This document shows positions 23,813-42,645 of a stretch of 64,000 bases of DNA, one piece after another; within the stretch, counting starts at the first letter, position 1; every line of letters begins with the position of its first letter. Origin of the DNA: Dimorphilus gyrociliatus (lineage: Eukaryota > Animalia > Annelida); the NCBI GenBank assembly GCA_904063045.1, contig CAJFCJ010000024.1, forward strand, positions 434,001-498,000, given 5' to 3'. The translations under genes were made by a program, and so were the position numbers. The notes under the pieces were generated by a model. That model saw only the letters and a list, made by a program, of their open reading frames with translations. It made no database searches and was not told where the DNA came from.

Positions 23813-26800
23813 ATTTAGGCGTCTAGGCGCCTTTTCTTCTTAAATTTTCTCGGCTAATCACTTTGTACCCTTAAGAACTGCTTTGCACTGAAAAGAAAAG
23901 AAAAAAAGAAAATACTCTTTATTAAAGTTTTTTTTTACACCTTCAAAAGAGGTCCAATATTCTAAGTGAAGGCGCCATCTCTAGGTGTTGTACACGACTT
24001 CACCTACACTTTAATTATCATGTGTAAAATGTACTATGTATGCACGCGTGTGCGTGCTTGTTTTCATCATTGATTTTCTTTTTGTAAAAGTAGGAAAGAT
24101 ATCATTTTACATAAATTTCAGCGCCACCTGGAACAATAGGTGTTGAGATCTTTTTCCCCTTAATTTCATCTTATATTAAGTTGATTGCTGAGGAAATTGT
24201 TTAAAAAGATGGAAAAATTGGGAGGGGGCGCGGAAAGAAACGAATATAAGCTGAAAAAATATAGAAAATAAGATACTTGAAAGAAAATATTTCAAAGTAA
24301 AAATTCTAATCACGCAACTCGTGATAGTTCGACTCCGCCTATCAAAGCCTGTGCTCGTTAGGCGCTAGTAAAGGTAATTATTCGACCGCCATATTAGCCA
24401 AAAGCTAAGCTGAGAAATAAGAAGCTTAACAGCTAGTGAAAATTACCTTGAGAGCAAATACACGCCTTTTTTAATGTCAACAATAGTAGAAAAAAACGCA
24501 CACATTCGACAACTTATTTCTTTCTTTCCCCTTTCTTTTCTTTTCTTTTTTGCAGTATAGTGTATATATAAACACATATAGGCCACGTGACCTTTCTTAT
24601 TTAACTAATAGACTCTAGTCTATCGGGAGAAAGAGGGCCTTAGGCTACCTGTAAGCAGCTGTCGCACCTGTTCGCATTACATAGGCCTATGTGGGGCTTA
24701 AAAATAAGTATAGAGACAACAAGAGTCATTTAGTAAGGTTGTCACGACAACATATCTGCAAATGACTAATCGATGCAAAGTGTATAGTCAAAATGGCTGT
24801 AATTGCCGCTGTTTCGCATTACTAATGCATCGAGTCTTCCAACGATCGCAGATGTTTATTATGGGCTATGTACAAAATATACTGTATATATGCATATATT
24901 TATACACGCACGTGTGCTCATAAGGTATGAAGAGAGAAAGAAGAGGGGAAAGGTAATATGACAGAACGGTTGAATGGTTTAATATAGCTTTTATACCCTT
25001 GTTCTCCTTTATAAAATAAGTTACGTCGGCTGGGCGAAGAAGTGATAAAGTTAGGGTAAGAGGAGTTAAAGATGGGAGGTAAAAAAGAAAAAATGGTGTT
25101 TCACAGAACATTAATCACAGATAGGCAGAGAGGTCAAGCGAAACGGAGAGTGAGTGAGTTTTGGGAAAGTAAATGCAAAAACGATGTCCGTTAGTAAAGC
25201 CATCCGCAGTGTAGGAAATCACGAAAGGATCTAGGGAAAACGAGATGTATCGATTCCGGGCTAAAATTCCTCTACAAAACTCCCTTTACCCTTCTTCCCT
25301 TTTTCTTATCCATATTTCAAGTACACGTCTTCTATCTTTTCTTCCCTTTCTATCGACCTTTTCTTCGTACATTTCTTTTCACCTATCCCTCTCGATTAAG
25401 CTCAATTTTTTCTCTCTTTTATGCTTACAAGTTATTTATTTCCTTTCCTTTCGCTACAGTCTTCTTTGGCCTTTTTTATTAACTAGATACTTGCAATAAA
25501 TAACCTTTTATAAATTAAACTAATGTCAACCGAACAATTTAATATTTTGACTTATGATACAACTCCTCCCATACACTTCATTACTCTTTTATCCCCCTGC
25601 GTTATAGTCTCCACCTCTTTTTATGTCCGAGCACAAATCCGCACAACTTCTAACAATAATAAACAACAATAACAACAAAAAACCCGACAGCTATCGCTAC
25701 TCGGCTACGCACAATAGAACGTGCGTCCTTTTACCGAAGATTAATTGGCCGACTAAGGGATACTAATGTTTGGGCCCATTTTAAATACGATAGTTAGATT
25801 TGTTTGTAAATAAAAAGTCAAGTTTTCTCCAAGATGAATAAGTATTTTCTCTTTCGTTACAACAAACTGTACAAACTAAAAATCTGCTGTTATAATAACT
25901 TTCGTTTGCTTATTTTTCATTATAAGTTCTTGGTAGACTGCAGAGTAAACCATCCCTCACGGTAATGGACCATTGGCTTATCACCTATTGTCTTATTTAC
26001 TCTAGAGATAAAAGAGAAAAACGTATACGGATTAGGGGAGAAAGGTATTCTCTACTTTATTTATCCTTCCCGCGGCTCAGGATGCTCTCGCTAACTCTTT
26101 TTCTTTCCGCAAACTGATAAGCCTATCATGTAGTTTAAGCAAACGAACTTTACCGTATTTATTTATTTATTTGGTCTGTTCATTCTTTAGTGTTCTCTCT
26201 AGATTTGGAATCTGAATAGAAGAGAAAATCCATGTTTTTTTGGGCCAAATACTTCTTCAAACCGTTCCGGTAAAGGGACAAGGGGGTAAAAGAGGGGCGG
26301 ATTATTTTTCGGTTGGAGGAACTGCAGGGGGTTACTGTATGTTTAAGGCAAAATGACGAGAGCGGAAACGAAACGGTTGAATGATAGCGGAACGAGAGAG
26401 TAGGCCTATTTTTCTTTATGGAAACGCTCGAATTCTTATACGAATTATTCATTGCTATTCATCTTATTTCATTTCAAAGCCATCTAACAGTCCTCATAGC
26501 ACCTCATACTCTCTTCTTACCTAATCAGTTATCGAATGTTTCTTTTAGAAGCGTAACTTAAGCTGCTAACGATCGAAATCGAATACGAGCCCTTATCTGC
26601 ACGACTGTAGGAGGGTGGCGAGGTAAAAGAAAAAAATTTCGACAAGGGGAAGGGCGTGACGAGATATACGATTCTTTGTCTCCCTAGGAAGATAGACGCG
26701 GAAAAAGAGATTAAAGCAGTCGCGTATAGAATGTCCCTCTTCCTCTTATCCATAAATATACAAGTATACACATTTAGAAAGTATAGTTAATACAAAATAT

Positions 26801-27181
26801 AGAAGATAGACGATAAATGACAGAATTTACTGCGAATGAGGTTTATTATAAGTGAAAAGTAATCTCTGAACAATTTCAACAACAACGCTTGCCTGTACAA
26901 ATATACACAACAAAAAAGAAAAACATAAACGGAACAGCGTAGCCGCCTTTCTCCCCCTCCGTTTCCTCCCCTCACTCCCCCCTCGCTGTTGTACATAAAG
27001 GACAAGAGAAGAATGTTGAGTGAGGGGTAAACGGTTATAACGTTTGAGAGAGAGAGCGAGAGAGAGATTGAAATAACCCTGAAAAACGGGGTGGAGTTGA
27101 CGTAATTTCTCACACCGCCCCCTTTTTACATCATTTGTCATTATTAAAAAATACAAGTAGATAAAGATCATTCATGTTTTT

Positions 27182-32547
<5,366 letters not shown>

Positions 32548-34650
32548 TCAACATTTTTTTTTCAACGCTGCAGCACTCGATCACACTCCTTGAAAAATCT
32601 AGCGGCACAATGAAAAACGTAAGCGGATCACGTGACTTTATAGCGGAGACGGGGAGAGATGATTGGCTGGCGATTTTGTTGGCAGCTTTGAAAAACTGAC
32701 AAATGACATAGCATAGAATTTCGTTTTTTTGTTTGCCGTTATAGGCTGCAATCGATTTCTGTTGAAGAATATTAAAAAAGAAGGTAAAGAGTCAGATTTA
32801 TATATGAGAATGATCATAAAAAGAAAAAGAGTATTTATTTTTTTTTCATAGTCTTTTAACTAATTTCCCGAGAGAGAGATAAAAATTTCATAAGTGTGGA
32901 AATCGCTAAAGTAAATTTAATTCAATATTGCACACTATAGTACGCTTTGAAGGTGGCGCGGGATATTAATAATAGGCCTAAGAAGCCCCTGAGGTGAAAG
33001 AGTATATTTATTAAAGAACTCCGCCGTAGGCCTGTATACGTCCGCCGCTAATGGGGATGACCGCGTGAAAATAAACCAGTCATAAAATAGTGAATGCGAT
33101 AGGTTGTTGATAAACCATATAAGAATATATATATGTCTATATATATATATATATATACATATAAAATGTAATAAGTTTTCTTTTACATTGGATTATGCAA
33201 CACATATTACAGTTATTTGATTTGAGATGCAGAATTGAGCAAACTACCTGAAATATGTACTTAATTTCCGTCTATATGCCTTTTTATTACATATTATCTG
33301 TCTTATTTATTTTATGGATCATTCATTGCTATTTCACTTAGCATAATTGCTATTTCTGTTACAAAGTTCCTTGTACTATTGTAAACTTAAGAGGAAAGAT
33401 TTTATTTATTGCTAAACAACAGATTTGGGTAAGTATAAGTTTCTTTTCTTCCCTTCTCTGTCTCTTTCTCTCTCTATCTCTCTCTCTCCCAGTTTCCCTA
33501 TCATTCACCCTCTCTCCCCCTCTCCTGCCCCCCTTTTTTTGTATTTATTTTTAGGGACAAAAAACAGTGCTGACATCTTGTTTCAGTTTATTCGGAAAAG
33601 AGATGAGAAAAGATATATAGATTTATGAGAGGAAATGAAGAAGAAAGAAAAAATCTATTAGATGCTTTTGATCAATTTCTACTAGATTTATTGGTGAACT
33701 TTGAAAATCATGTGATAATATCGTCATAAATTCATTAATAGGCATTGAAAAAGACAGAAGAAAAACATTTAATATTTAGCAGATTTCTCTTTATTTACAT
33801 GATACCACGATATATAACAATATATCTTATAAATAGCATCGCCTAATTTGGGCCTATACTGAAAAGAGTCTTTAATAATTAAATTCAAACCAAATATATA
33901 CTTTTTTCGGTCTCTTGACGAATTAAAAAAGATCTCTGCAAGAGGTGCCAAATGTCCGTCCAACTGAGATTTTTCAATATTTCAAGTGTCTTGGGAAATT
34001 CTTTCTAGTTTCCAAACAATTCATTAAGAATAATAGAGGCTTTATCATAGGTAGTTTTATTTCAATCATATGAGGCTTATTAGTTTCTTACAATTTTATT
34101 TTTACTTTAACGAGGAGCGAGAGAGAGAAGGAGAGAGAGATAAATAAATTAGGAGATAGATAAAGAGTGTAAAACAATGCATGAAATATGAGAGACAGAG
34201 AGGCAGATAGAGGCAGAGGGAGGGAGAAAGGGAGGGAGGGAGAGGGGGAAATAAAGAGGAAAGAGAAAAAAGATCGATATTTAGCAATCAGATCAATTCC
34301 AATCAAGCGATATTGCCGCTCGCTTGCCTCGTATATTCATATTTATTTGCGACATTTCATTTATAGGAAGAGTCGCTTCCAGTTAGTATTTTTAGCGGTC
34401 AATTTTTCTCCTCTATTCATTTTTCTTGTTTTTCTTTCTCTCTGCCTGTCTCTTTCCCTCTTAAGCTTCTCTTTCTCTATTTTTTCTCTTTACCCCCATG
34501 CTCTTGCTCTTTTATACTAATGTCCGACGATCGCAAAAGGCGTCACGTGCTCTATAATGTAAATATATTTACTTATTCGACACGCTTTCTTTTGTGAGAC
34601 GTGATTAAATTTATAAAATAGAGAAAAAGAGCGGGAGTGCTAGAGCCAAA

Positions 34651-34654
<4 letters not shown>

Positions 34655-34689
<35 letters not shown>
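34655..34689. repeat. (AG)n microsatellite
   Basis: About 17 perfect AG units. Confidence 0.9.
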
Positions 34690-34691
<2 letters not shown>

Positions 34692-36190
34692 AAAGAAAAG
34701 GACAGAAGAACAATGAGAAAAAATCTGTACGTACGTGTACGAGAAAGAGAAAAAGAGACAGAGATCGGTAGATGATTTCTAGGGTTTATACCAATTGTTT
34801 TCTATCATACAAGAGGTGCTTTTTTTCTCCCGCTACCATCTGTTTTAAATACGCATCTGGAGTTGGCTCCGGGCAAGATTGTGTATCTTATCGTCTATCA
34901 GTGATTTTTGATAAAATCGACATGTCCAAGTTGTCTTTTGAAGGTGGCGCTGTTGAACACCCCTAATTAACGTCTGCCGCATTGATTTCGCTTCTGGCAA
35001 GGTGATATCTCGCGAAATTATAATTGGCAGAAAAGAGCGAAAAAATTATATCTGTCACCCGTATAGAATAATTTTATACAGGCTTAATAATTTATACATG
35101 AGCTCTATTCATTTTGAGAATAAATTGTAAAATCTTTCAAAGGATGCAGCCGTGTAAATTTTTCACACTTTATAGCCTTTCAACACTATTCAGCTGTAGT
35201 TTTTTCTCCCTTTATCAACTGAATTATTCAAAGCCAAAGGGACTAGTAAAAGAGATACATTTTCTCCCACCTCCGTCGTTTATCGAAACCCCGAAAGATT
35301 ACGAGATGCTAATGCAAATCGCCTTTGTATGAATATATACATGCTGTGGGGATTAAATATAATTTCGGACACGTGAATTTCATTAGGAGCCGTCAGGACG
35401 GTTGGTAGGAGAAATTGATTAAGGTGGCTGCAGGAAAATTGATAGAGTATTTACATCATAAATGTAAACTTTGCAATTGGTAAACGTATGCTTTTTTCCC
35501 TTCGTGTAATAAGATACGCGTGCATTTTATAAAAAGGAAATTACTGAACGAAATTTATACAGAAACGCCATCTATCTCCATAAATTTAGATAAATTCAAT
35601 AAAGCGTTTAATATGTAAAATAAAAGGAGAACGAAGAATGATAATGGAATGAAAATTGACTAGATTTATCCCTTTGTTTGATAGACAGTTACACAAACAG
35701 CTAATGAGTTAAAACTCTTTTATTGTACTGGTTTTCCGATGGAAAAATCCAAAGGGAAAGGCACGTGATTTTTCTTTTCAAGTACATAAGAAATATATAA
35801 ACAGAAATTCGCGTTAAACAGCCAATTTTAGAAGTTTTCCTTTGTAGTTTTATCAAGGTGTCACTTATCGATTTTGACCCTATTTGACCCTCCGACTACA
35901 CTAAATAATCAGGAAACTCATTTCCTAAAATTTGCTTATTCAAGCTTACACTCTTCAGTTTTCAATGCTTTGTAGAGAATCGATAAGAAATGGGGAGGAA
36001 GTTCATTTTTCCACCATATAATGAAGGCATATTTTTTGTGTAACTTTTATATAACAGTTTTTATATTTTTAACGATTTCAATAACAGTCTACGCTTTTTT
36101 TTATAACATTCTTTATACAACGAAGAATGAAAATATTATATATATAGATATAGATATATCTTTTGTTTTTCTTTGTTTATATCACATTTA

Positions 36191-38025
36191 TCAACCCAAA
36201 TGATATTCACTTTGACGATTAGCTTGAGTAGGTTCAAGGGATTCTTCGAATTTACGAACATCTTTTGATGACATTTTTGAACAGACAGTTGCCCAAATGA
36301 TTCCTATTACTGCCCCACCAAACACGTCTGACCAGTGGTGTTTATGGTCACTTATTCTACTTAAGCCGACGATAAAGGGCCAAAGTAAAAAGGCAATTTG
36401 TGCGGCTCTGATTAAGGTATCACGAATAGAGCCAAATTGTGTCCTATATTCCAGATAAATCTGTAAATGAAAAAACTGTAATAAATATACAATAAAAGGC
36501 GAAAAAGAGATTATCGTCTAGTTCTCGCTTTTTTTGGACGAATAACGCCACCTACAGCTTGTTTTCGTTGACAAAAGAGCTAAAAACGGGATATGAGAGA
36601 TAAAGAATAAAAGAGAAATAAAGGAAAAGCGTCAGCCCATACCCTTTCCCCCCCATCATATCCGGTATTATTTACGGTCAACAAACCGAAAATTTCTTCC
36701 CTCATCAATTTTCACTTTGCTGTTTTTAACATAGCGTTTTCAACCAGTGTTTTTAGCAGGGGTTAAAAAAAGGTTAATTAATCTGAATTGACAAAAGATC
36801 TAATAATTTCGAATTCGCTTTCACCTAAAATAAACGAAAGCTTACACTATACTATGTTTTTCTTATTTGTTCAATAATGCATACTTTGACAATATTTACA
36901 GTTATTCTATATTATTCTATGTATTAAATAACTATTTTTTGAAGGGAACGAAGAGTTAGAGAGAGAGGAAAAGAAAGAAAGAAAGAAGGAGAGAGAGAGA
37001 GAGACAAAGAAAAGGGGAGAAAAGCTCTCTTTCCACCTCTCTCTATTTAATTATCACTGGTACTGATAGCCTATGTCTGGAAAAATATCAATAAAACTAT
37101 GTCCTCTATCTAAATAATCTGCTTTTTAGAATCTATAAATTAATATAATGATTTTTTTATAATAATAAAAACTTACTACTAAAAAAAGCATACAGAATGT
37201 TGAATATGATGTATGACCAGATGGAAACGATACTCTCCTTTCTTTTTCTTGTTCGTGGCTTGTACAAAATTCTCTTTCAGTTACGTAACGATAACTTTCA
37301 GCAGGTTGTGTCAAATTTTCAAAACAATATCTTTGTATTGTTTGACTAGAGGGTTTACAAAGACTCCAATAGTTTGGCCTCAATCTTCCTACCATAACTT
37401 TTCCAATTTGTGTGAAGCTCATTGTAACAAATAATCCAAAGAGAAAAGCGGCAATCAACTTTTGGATAATAATAATATAGGATTTCAATCCTATTGAACG
37501 GTACTTTACAGCTTCATTTAAACAAATCAAAAGAATAGGTATTATTCCTCCAATTGTTATATAGACTATAAGGAATATGATTGAAGATAAGATATGAGCT
37601 ATAAGCTGTAAATATGATATAATCTTGACTAGGTAAAAATAAAATTTATAGATTTTTAATGATTTTGTTCTCCAATTCAAATATATAACTTTAAATGATA
37701 TGATTGAATAAATAGGAATTTTGTCAAGTGTCCTACAACTCAGTTATCTTCAATAACATTCCTGGTGTAGTTATAGTGCTTTTTTTGAATGGCAGTTTAA
37801 TCGATTCATCGTTACAAAACATTCCTCTTTGGTAGGGATTTATTTTTCCTGCTCGAATAATTATCCAGGGGAGCCAAGCTATAAAAATACAACATAAAGC
37901 ATATTAATCACGGAAATGATAAGAGGATGGTAATAAATATAGGATATTTTACCTATAATAACGCAAACCACATTTATTATCGAAGACACTAGTAGGCCTC
38001 TGTTAGTTATATTTATCCTCTCCAT
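36191..38025 (-). CDS. PLPP: Phospholipid phosphatase (PAP2/LPP, wunen-like), about 282 aa
   Basis: Exons 38025-37953, 37878-37762, 37565-37177, 36460-36191. Catalytic motifs KVMVGRLRP, PSGH and SRISDHKHHWSDV; N-terminal PYQRGMFCNDESIKLP. Intron 2 needs a non-canonical donor (see findings). Confidence 0.9.
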
Positions 38026-38154
38026 TCCTATTTCCCTCGATTACCTATGATAAAGCCATAAAATTACGATTTTTGATCGGAGGTGACTACCACTAGATCT
38101 AACTAGTAACCAGTCTAATTTAGAATACAAACCATTCTTCGAACCGAAACGTTT

Positions 38155-38546
38155 TTTGGCGCCAAAGTTTCAAAGAGATGCTTTAGTTATACTGTATTAT
38201 TATAGTGTTATTGTAAAAAAATATGCTAAATAACAACTACTACAATAATATATAATATGCGATTGTTTAGAAAATTTTCAGCTATCCTATTTCTCCCATC
38301 CATCCATCCGTTCATTAATCCATATATTCGCTCCCTTATTTTATAAAAGTTTACTACTTGAAACGCTCTGACAATATATAAAAAACAATTAGAATGATAA
38401 ACAATGATTACATCTTTTTACATTGAACACTCTTTTAGATGAAAAAGGCAAAAACCCATGAACATAGAGTTTTCTATTGATATATTCTTGTCTATTAATC
38501 ATTTTGTAAATTGGATATAATTTAGATGTTATTTTTGGCGCCAAAA
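38155..38546. promoter_or_regulatory. Two palindromic E2F-type sites upstream of PLPP
   Basis: TTTGGCGCCAAA at 38155-38166 and TTTTGGCGCCAAAA at 38533-38546. Confidence 0.4.
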
Positions 38547-39304
38547 TTTAAAATTACAAGATAGAATTTAGAGCACGATTATATTGTAAATATAACTTAG
38601 TTAAACAATGAGCTAGATCAATTATGCAAATGCAAACATTCGAACGTAGAAATGTTTGTACAAGTTGACAGTCAGCTAACGGTGAATGAGAAATACTTAA
38701 AAAAAGAAAGAAAAAATTGGAATAGGATAAGAAACAGGGAAAAAGACAAGTTAAGCTAGTCTGTCAGTGTAGTTTAAATAGGATTGTTGTACAAGGAAAT
38801 TGAGTCGTTAATTCATACGTTTAATTAGCATAATCAAGTGCTTTGAAAGAGTTTGCCGTGTGACGTCAGGGGTTGCTCATCTGACACGTGCGGTTATTCG
38901 TTGTTTCGTTGCTGTTGGAATAAAACCTCTCACTAATTTGCCATAAGGATTAATGAAAATTGAACTTCCTCCTATTAATGGAAAATGTTTTTATACTACC
39001 TTTTTTATATATTTTGTAAAATACTATGGATTACGTGTATGAATATTCAATCAGAGTGTACATGGAGGTATGTAATCAATTAGTTAAAAGACAGATAGAT
39101 AGATAGACAGATAGGTAACAGCTATACATTTGTATCTCACTAAGTAATCTTTATCTTGTCTTTTTAATATAAAGTTATAGATAAAATTAACAATTTTTGA
39201 CATTAATTGAAAATAGAGGAAAAAGGGAGATAAATCTTTAAGAATAATGTTTTTCTTATATTTGCTTGCTCTTTAAATAAGTGTTTACATATAAAGAGAG
39301 ATTT

Positions 39305-39310
<6 letters not shown>

Positions 39311-39362
<52 letters not shown>
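39311..39362. repeat. (GA)n microsatellite
   Basis: About 26 perfect GA units. Confidence 0.9.
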
Positions 39363-39369
<7 letters not shown>

Positions 39370-39969
39370 CCCAATTTTACTGACAAATAGTTTTTAGCTT
39401 TTCAATGTATCCTCATTGTAAATTATCGTCTTTATACTTTTCTTCCGACTTAGGATACTTAATTAGTTAGGATAAAAGAGACAAAAACCTTATATAATAG
39501 GAATTCTATTTATATAAATAATAAGACTTATATAAAAAGTTAAGAAATTGCAATTTCTGTTTCTATTCTTATAATATATTGCCTGAGTTGACTATACATA
39601 ATTTAACTTTGATTAAATGGCGGTTTATATAAAAACGGCAAACATTTAAGTATTTATTATTAGGCTTAACAAACATTTGTATAAATCTAGCGCTTTAATC
39701 CTCTTCTTTATCCTTTGAAAGACTTGTTAAAATTGAAGTTCTGGTTGAAAGTATTTTTTTTATAACGAAAAATTGTATGGAGAAAGTAACAATTTATTAC
39801 GTTATTTATAAGTGATAGCCTTCGGGCCTAGGAATAATAAAATCTTTTAAATCTTTCATTAATATTCTTATGAAAAGCTTATAGGTTTTTCCTTCTCAAC
39901 TTTAGAAAGTCTTTTTAGAAAAATTTCTAACAATTAATCACTTTATTTCTTCTTCTTTTTTTTTAATAG

Positions 39970-40297
39970 AACATCCATGTCAGCTAATATGCCAGAAATA
40001 CAAGAAATAACAACCTATTCACACTGCAAAATTGGTTCAATATACTGGAATAATCCAAGAAATACAACGTTAAAATTGACATTTCAAATTCGCCGTGGAA
40101 ATTATAAAACATGTATCGAATTGAATCCGAACTACCTTCGAAAGATGTTCATAGAATATTCAGATGATAAAGTTCAACGATTTAAAAATCGTATAAAATG
40201 TTTTAAAGATGGAGATAACCATCGATCATTGATATATTTTTATCCAAATGCTGTTTTGTCACCTTCAGTTATTCATATAAAATTTCGAAGATATTAA
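39970..40297 (+). CDS. Probable coding exon resembling the N-terminal domain of meteorin-like proteins
   Basis: 106-aa ORF after a T-rich TAG acceptor (39968-39969). Pattern C-x2-G-S-I-x-W-x2-P..L-x-L-x-F..CI..F-I-E resembles the meteorin CxxGxVxWxYPxGAL..CI..IFxE region (by eye). No signal-peptide exon found. Confidence 0.4.
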
Positions 40298-41119
40298 AAT
40301 AACAGTCTATTTTTGACTTTCTAACTTTTACTTTTTTTTTTAAATATAACCACACAATTCTTATCTTTTTTACCAAAAAGAAGTTTACCTTAAATGAATG
40401 AGTAACATGTGAAGAAAAACAAGAAGCTACTTAAGAAAAACCAAGAAAATTGTATTTTATTAAAAAGATAATAGTATTGTTAATAAAACATATGTCAATA
40501 AATTTATATTTGGTATCTTTGAAAACGACATCTAGAGGGTAAATCATGAATGAAAAGTATAATAAAAAAAAGAAATATCATAAGAAGTGTAAATAATAAT
40601 TCTTTGCTGCTTACTTTAATCGACGATATTTCTTTTACTGCTCTAGTAGAATGGGAAATTCGCAAAGAGTACTAGGTTTACCCTTTTTATTGCGAAACCT
40701 CTACCGGTTTGAAATGTTATGGTTTTTTTTCTTTTCTTTTTCCAATTGAGTAATAACCGTGTTTACTTTTTGGTTCTTCGATACCTGTTTTATAGATATA
40801 TACAAATCAATCTTTAATAAATTGTTGATTAACCATCAGCCTAAGTTCTAATTTATTTTAAATTATTTAAAAGATGATAAAGCCATCTAAAATTATATAC
40901 AATAAAGAACCGTTACCCTCGAATGTTTGAGCAGAAATTATTTATATAAACGGGAAGGTTGAAGATATCGGTTGTCATAGGGAAAATAGTAAATTGACCG
41001 AATCGCATAATTTTTTGTCATCAAAGAGAAGTTTCTTGGTGAAAGCAGGGTATTTTTTCGTTAATGTTATAACTGAACTATATTTAGCCGGTTGGATTAG
41101 ATATTTAACTGCTATCAAA

Positions 41120-41154
41120 GACGTCACGGAATTTCCACACGAAGAGTATAAATA
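41120..41154 (+). promoter_or_regulatory. IL-17 core promoter: CRE-like GACGTCA, kappaB-like GGAATTTCC, TATAAATA
   Basis: GACGTCA 41120-41126, GGAATTTCC 41128-41136, TATAAATA 41147-41154, then a non-coding exon ending CAG|GTAAGT at 41259 and an acceptor just before the ATG. Confidence 0.5.
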
Positions 41155-41324
41155 CGGTTAATAATTCAAGTTGATCTCAAAACCAAATTTACTATCAAAC
41201 AGAGAGGGTTATATAACCGACCATTAACAAACTGTTTTAGACATATTAATTTATCTCAGGTAAGTTATTATAACATATATTCATAGATAAATTATTAAAA
41301 TGATGTTTTTTATCCTTCAGAATT

Positions 41325-41921
41325 ATGAATATGATTTTTCAATTATTGTCTTTTCTTCTATTTCTTCAACAAGTTCTTCTTGTTCCTATTGGAAATAGTT
41401 CAGATTGTCTTGATCCGCCTAATTTAAAAGGAAAACTCATTCAATATCGTCTAGAAAATGAACCCTATCCCACTACACACAGTGAAAGACATTCGGCTAA
41501 TTTTGGCAATCTCTTGAAGGATATTGGCGAAAATTCTACTTGTCCTGCCTCTCTTAACGAATTAATTGAAACGCTACGAATTAAGAAAGCTTTATACAAA
41601 TCTTTAGGAAGTAATAATTTCGATACAAAAGTTTCAACCTGCCCAACTTATCCCGCAGTTAGTTTTAATAAGAATCGATATCCAAAGGCAATTAAGCAAG
41701 TTATGTGCCGTTGTACATCTTCCGAAGGAAGTGGGTGTCTTAGAAAGAACGGGAGAACCAATTTAAGATTCGAGTGCGTACCTGTAGTTGCAAAAATATT
41801 GGTTCTAAATAAGATAGGCTGTAAAGGTCATTACGCTGAATACGTTCCGGAATGGGAAGAACAAAGAATCGGATGTAGCTGTCGTGCCTCCTCACTCTTT
41901 GCTTATATAGGAAACAACTAA
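41325..41921 (+). CDS. IL17: Interleukin-17-like cytokine (198 aa)
   Basis: Signal peptide; STCP..FNKNRYPKAIKQVMCRC, C..C-x-PV..ILVL..GC, E-x2-IGCSC cystine-knot pattern of the IL-17 family. Confidence 0.88.
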   Translation: MNMIFQLLSFLLFLQQVLLVPIGNSSDCLDPPNLKGKLIQYRLENEPYPTTHSERHSANFGNLLKDIGENSTCPASLNELIETLRIKKALYKSLGSNNFDTKVSTCPTYPAVSFNKNRYPKAIKQVMCRCTSSEGSGCLRKNGRTNLRFECVPVVAKILVLNKIGCKGHYAEYVPEWEEQRIGCSCRASSLFAYIGNN

Positions 41922-42645
41922 AGGTAAAAAGTCAAAATGAAGAAATATTGTTTTAATATTTCTAGTCTTGTCATATACAGTATATATTAATATTTATGAA
42001 TATTTATGATTTATATGTTACTCTCTCGTAAAATGCTATATTTTATTGTTATAATGAATACAACTATAAACAAAATGTGATACAATTTATTAAATTAAAT
42101 TGATTTTATTGAAAAATTTGAGGAAAGCCAATTTATTCTCATTAAATTAGTTAATTGATAATTCTCTGATTATTATATTCCTGCCTATACAGTTACTTTC
42201 TTTCTCATTTTATTTTGTACATATATCATATCTTATAGTATTTAGACCTATATACTCAGTTTCCTGTTTATTGTTATACCTACTTTCATTTTAAATGTAG
42301 GTTTTTTATGTGTAAAATATTGTCTAATTAGCAAATTAATGAACGATGGTGAATAATAAAACGTTTATCCTTATAAATAACCTTATTAAATACTTAGGAT
42401 GAAATGTATCGTTAAGTAACGTTATACTAGAAAATACTTTTATAAAATTTGTAGATGTCGCTACTTTACAGTACAATTACTATTTATAAACGAAATTTCA
42501 TTTTATAAAGTGCAACAAACTTTTTAAGCCTATACTGGAAATTTAGTGCATCACAACATATATGCTATTTTGCAATACAGACGAATAGATAATTAAAAGT
42601 AGATACGAACGGAGATAAGACAAATTTACTTATTATTTGTAAAGC

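Noticed and set aside
24309-24450. GTTCGACTCC B-box-like sequence with short hairpins and an AAGGTAATT/AATTACCTT inverted repeat
   Set aside because: No cloverleaf, A-box or T-run terminator; not supportable as a tRNA or SINE.
9656-25134. Identical 18-mer ACAGATAGGCAGAGAGGT at 9656-9673 (-) and 25117-25134 (+)
   Set aside because: Purine-rich, low complexity and no flanking similarity; chance is plausible.
33425-34520. ORFs rich in SLSL or RERE (also 47485-48710, 53073-53270, 59406-61337)
   Set aside because: Translations of CT/AG simple repeats and polypurine tracts.
37566-37680. N-terminal part of ORF 37126-37680 as real protein
   Set aside because: Intron-like composition; it would insert 17-40 residues into a length-conserved region, and no GT donor matches the phase.
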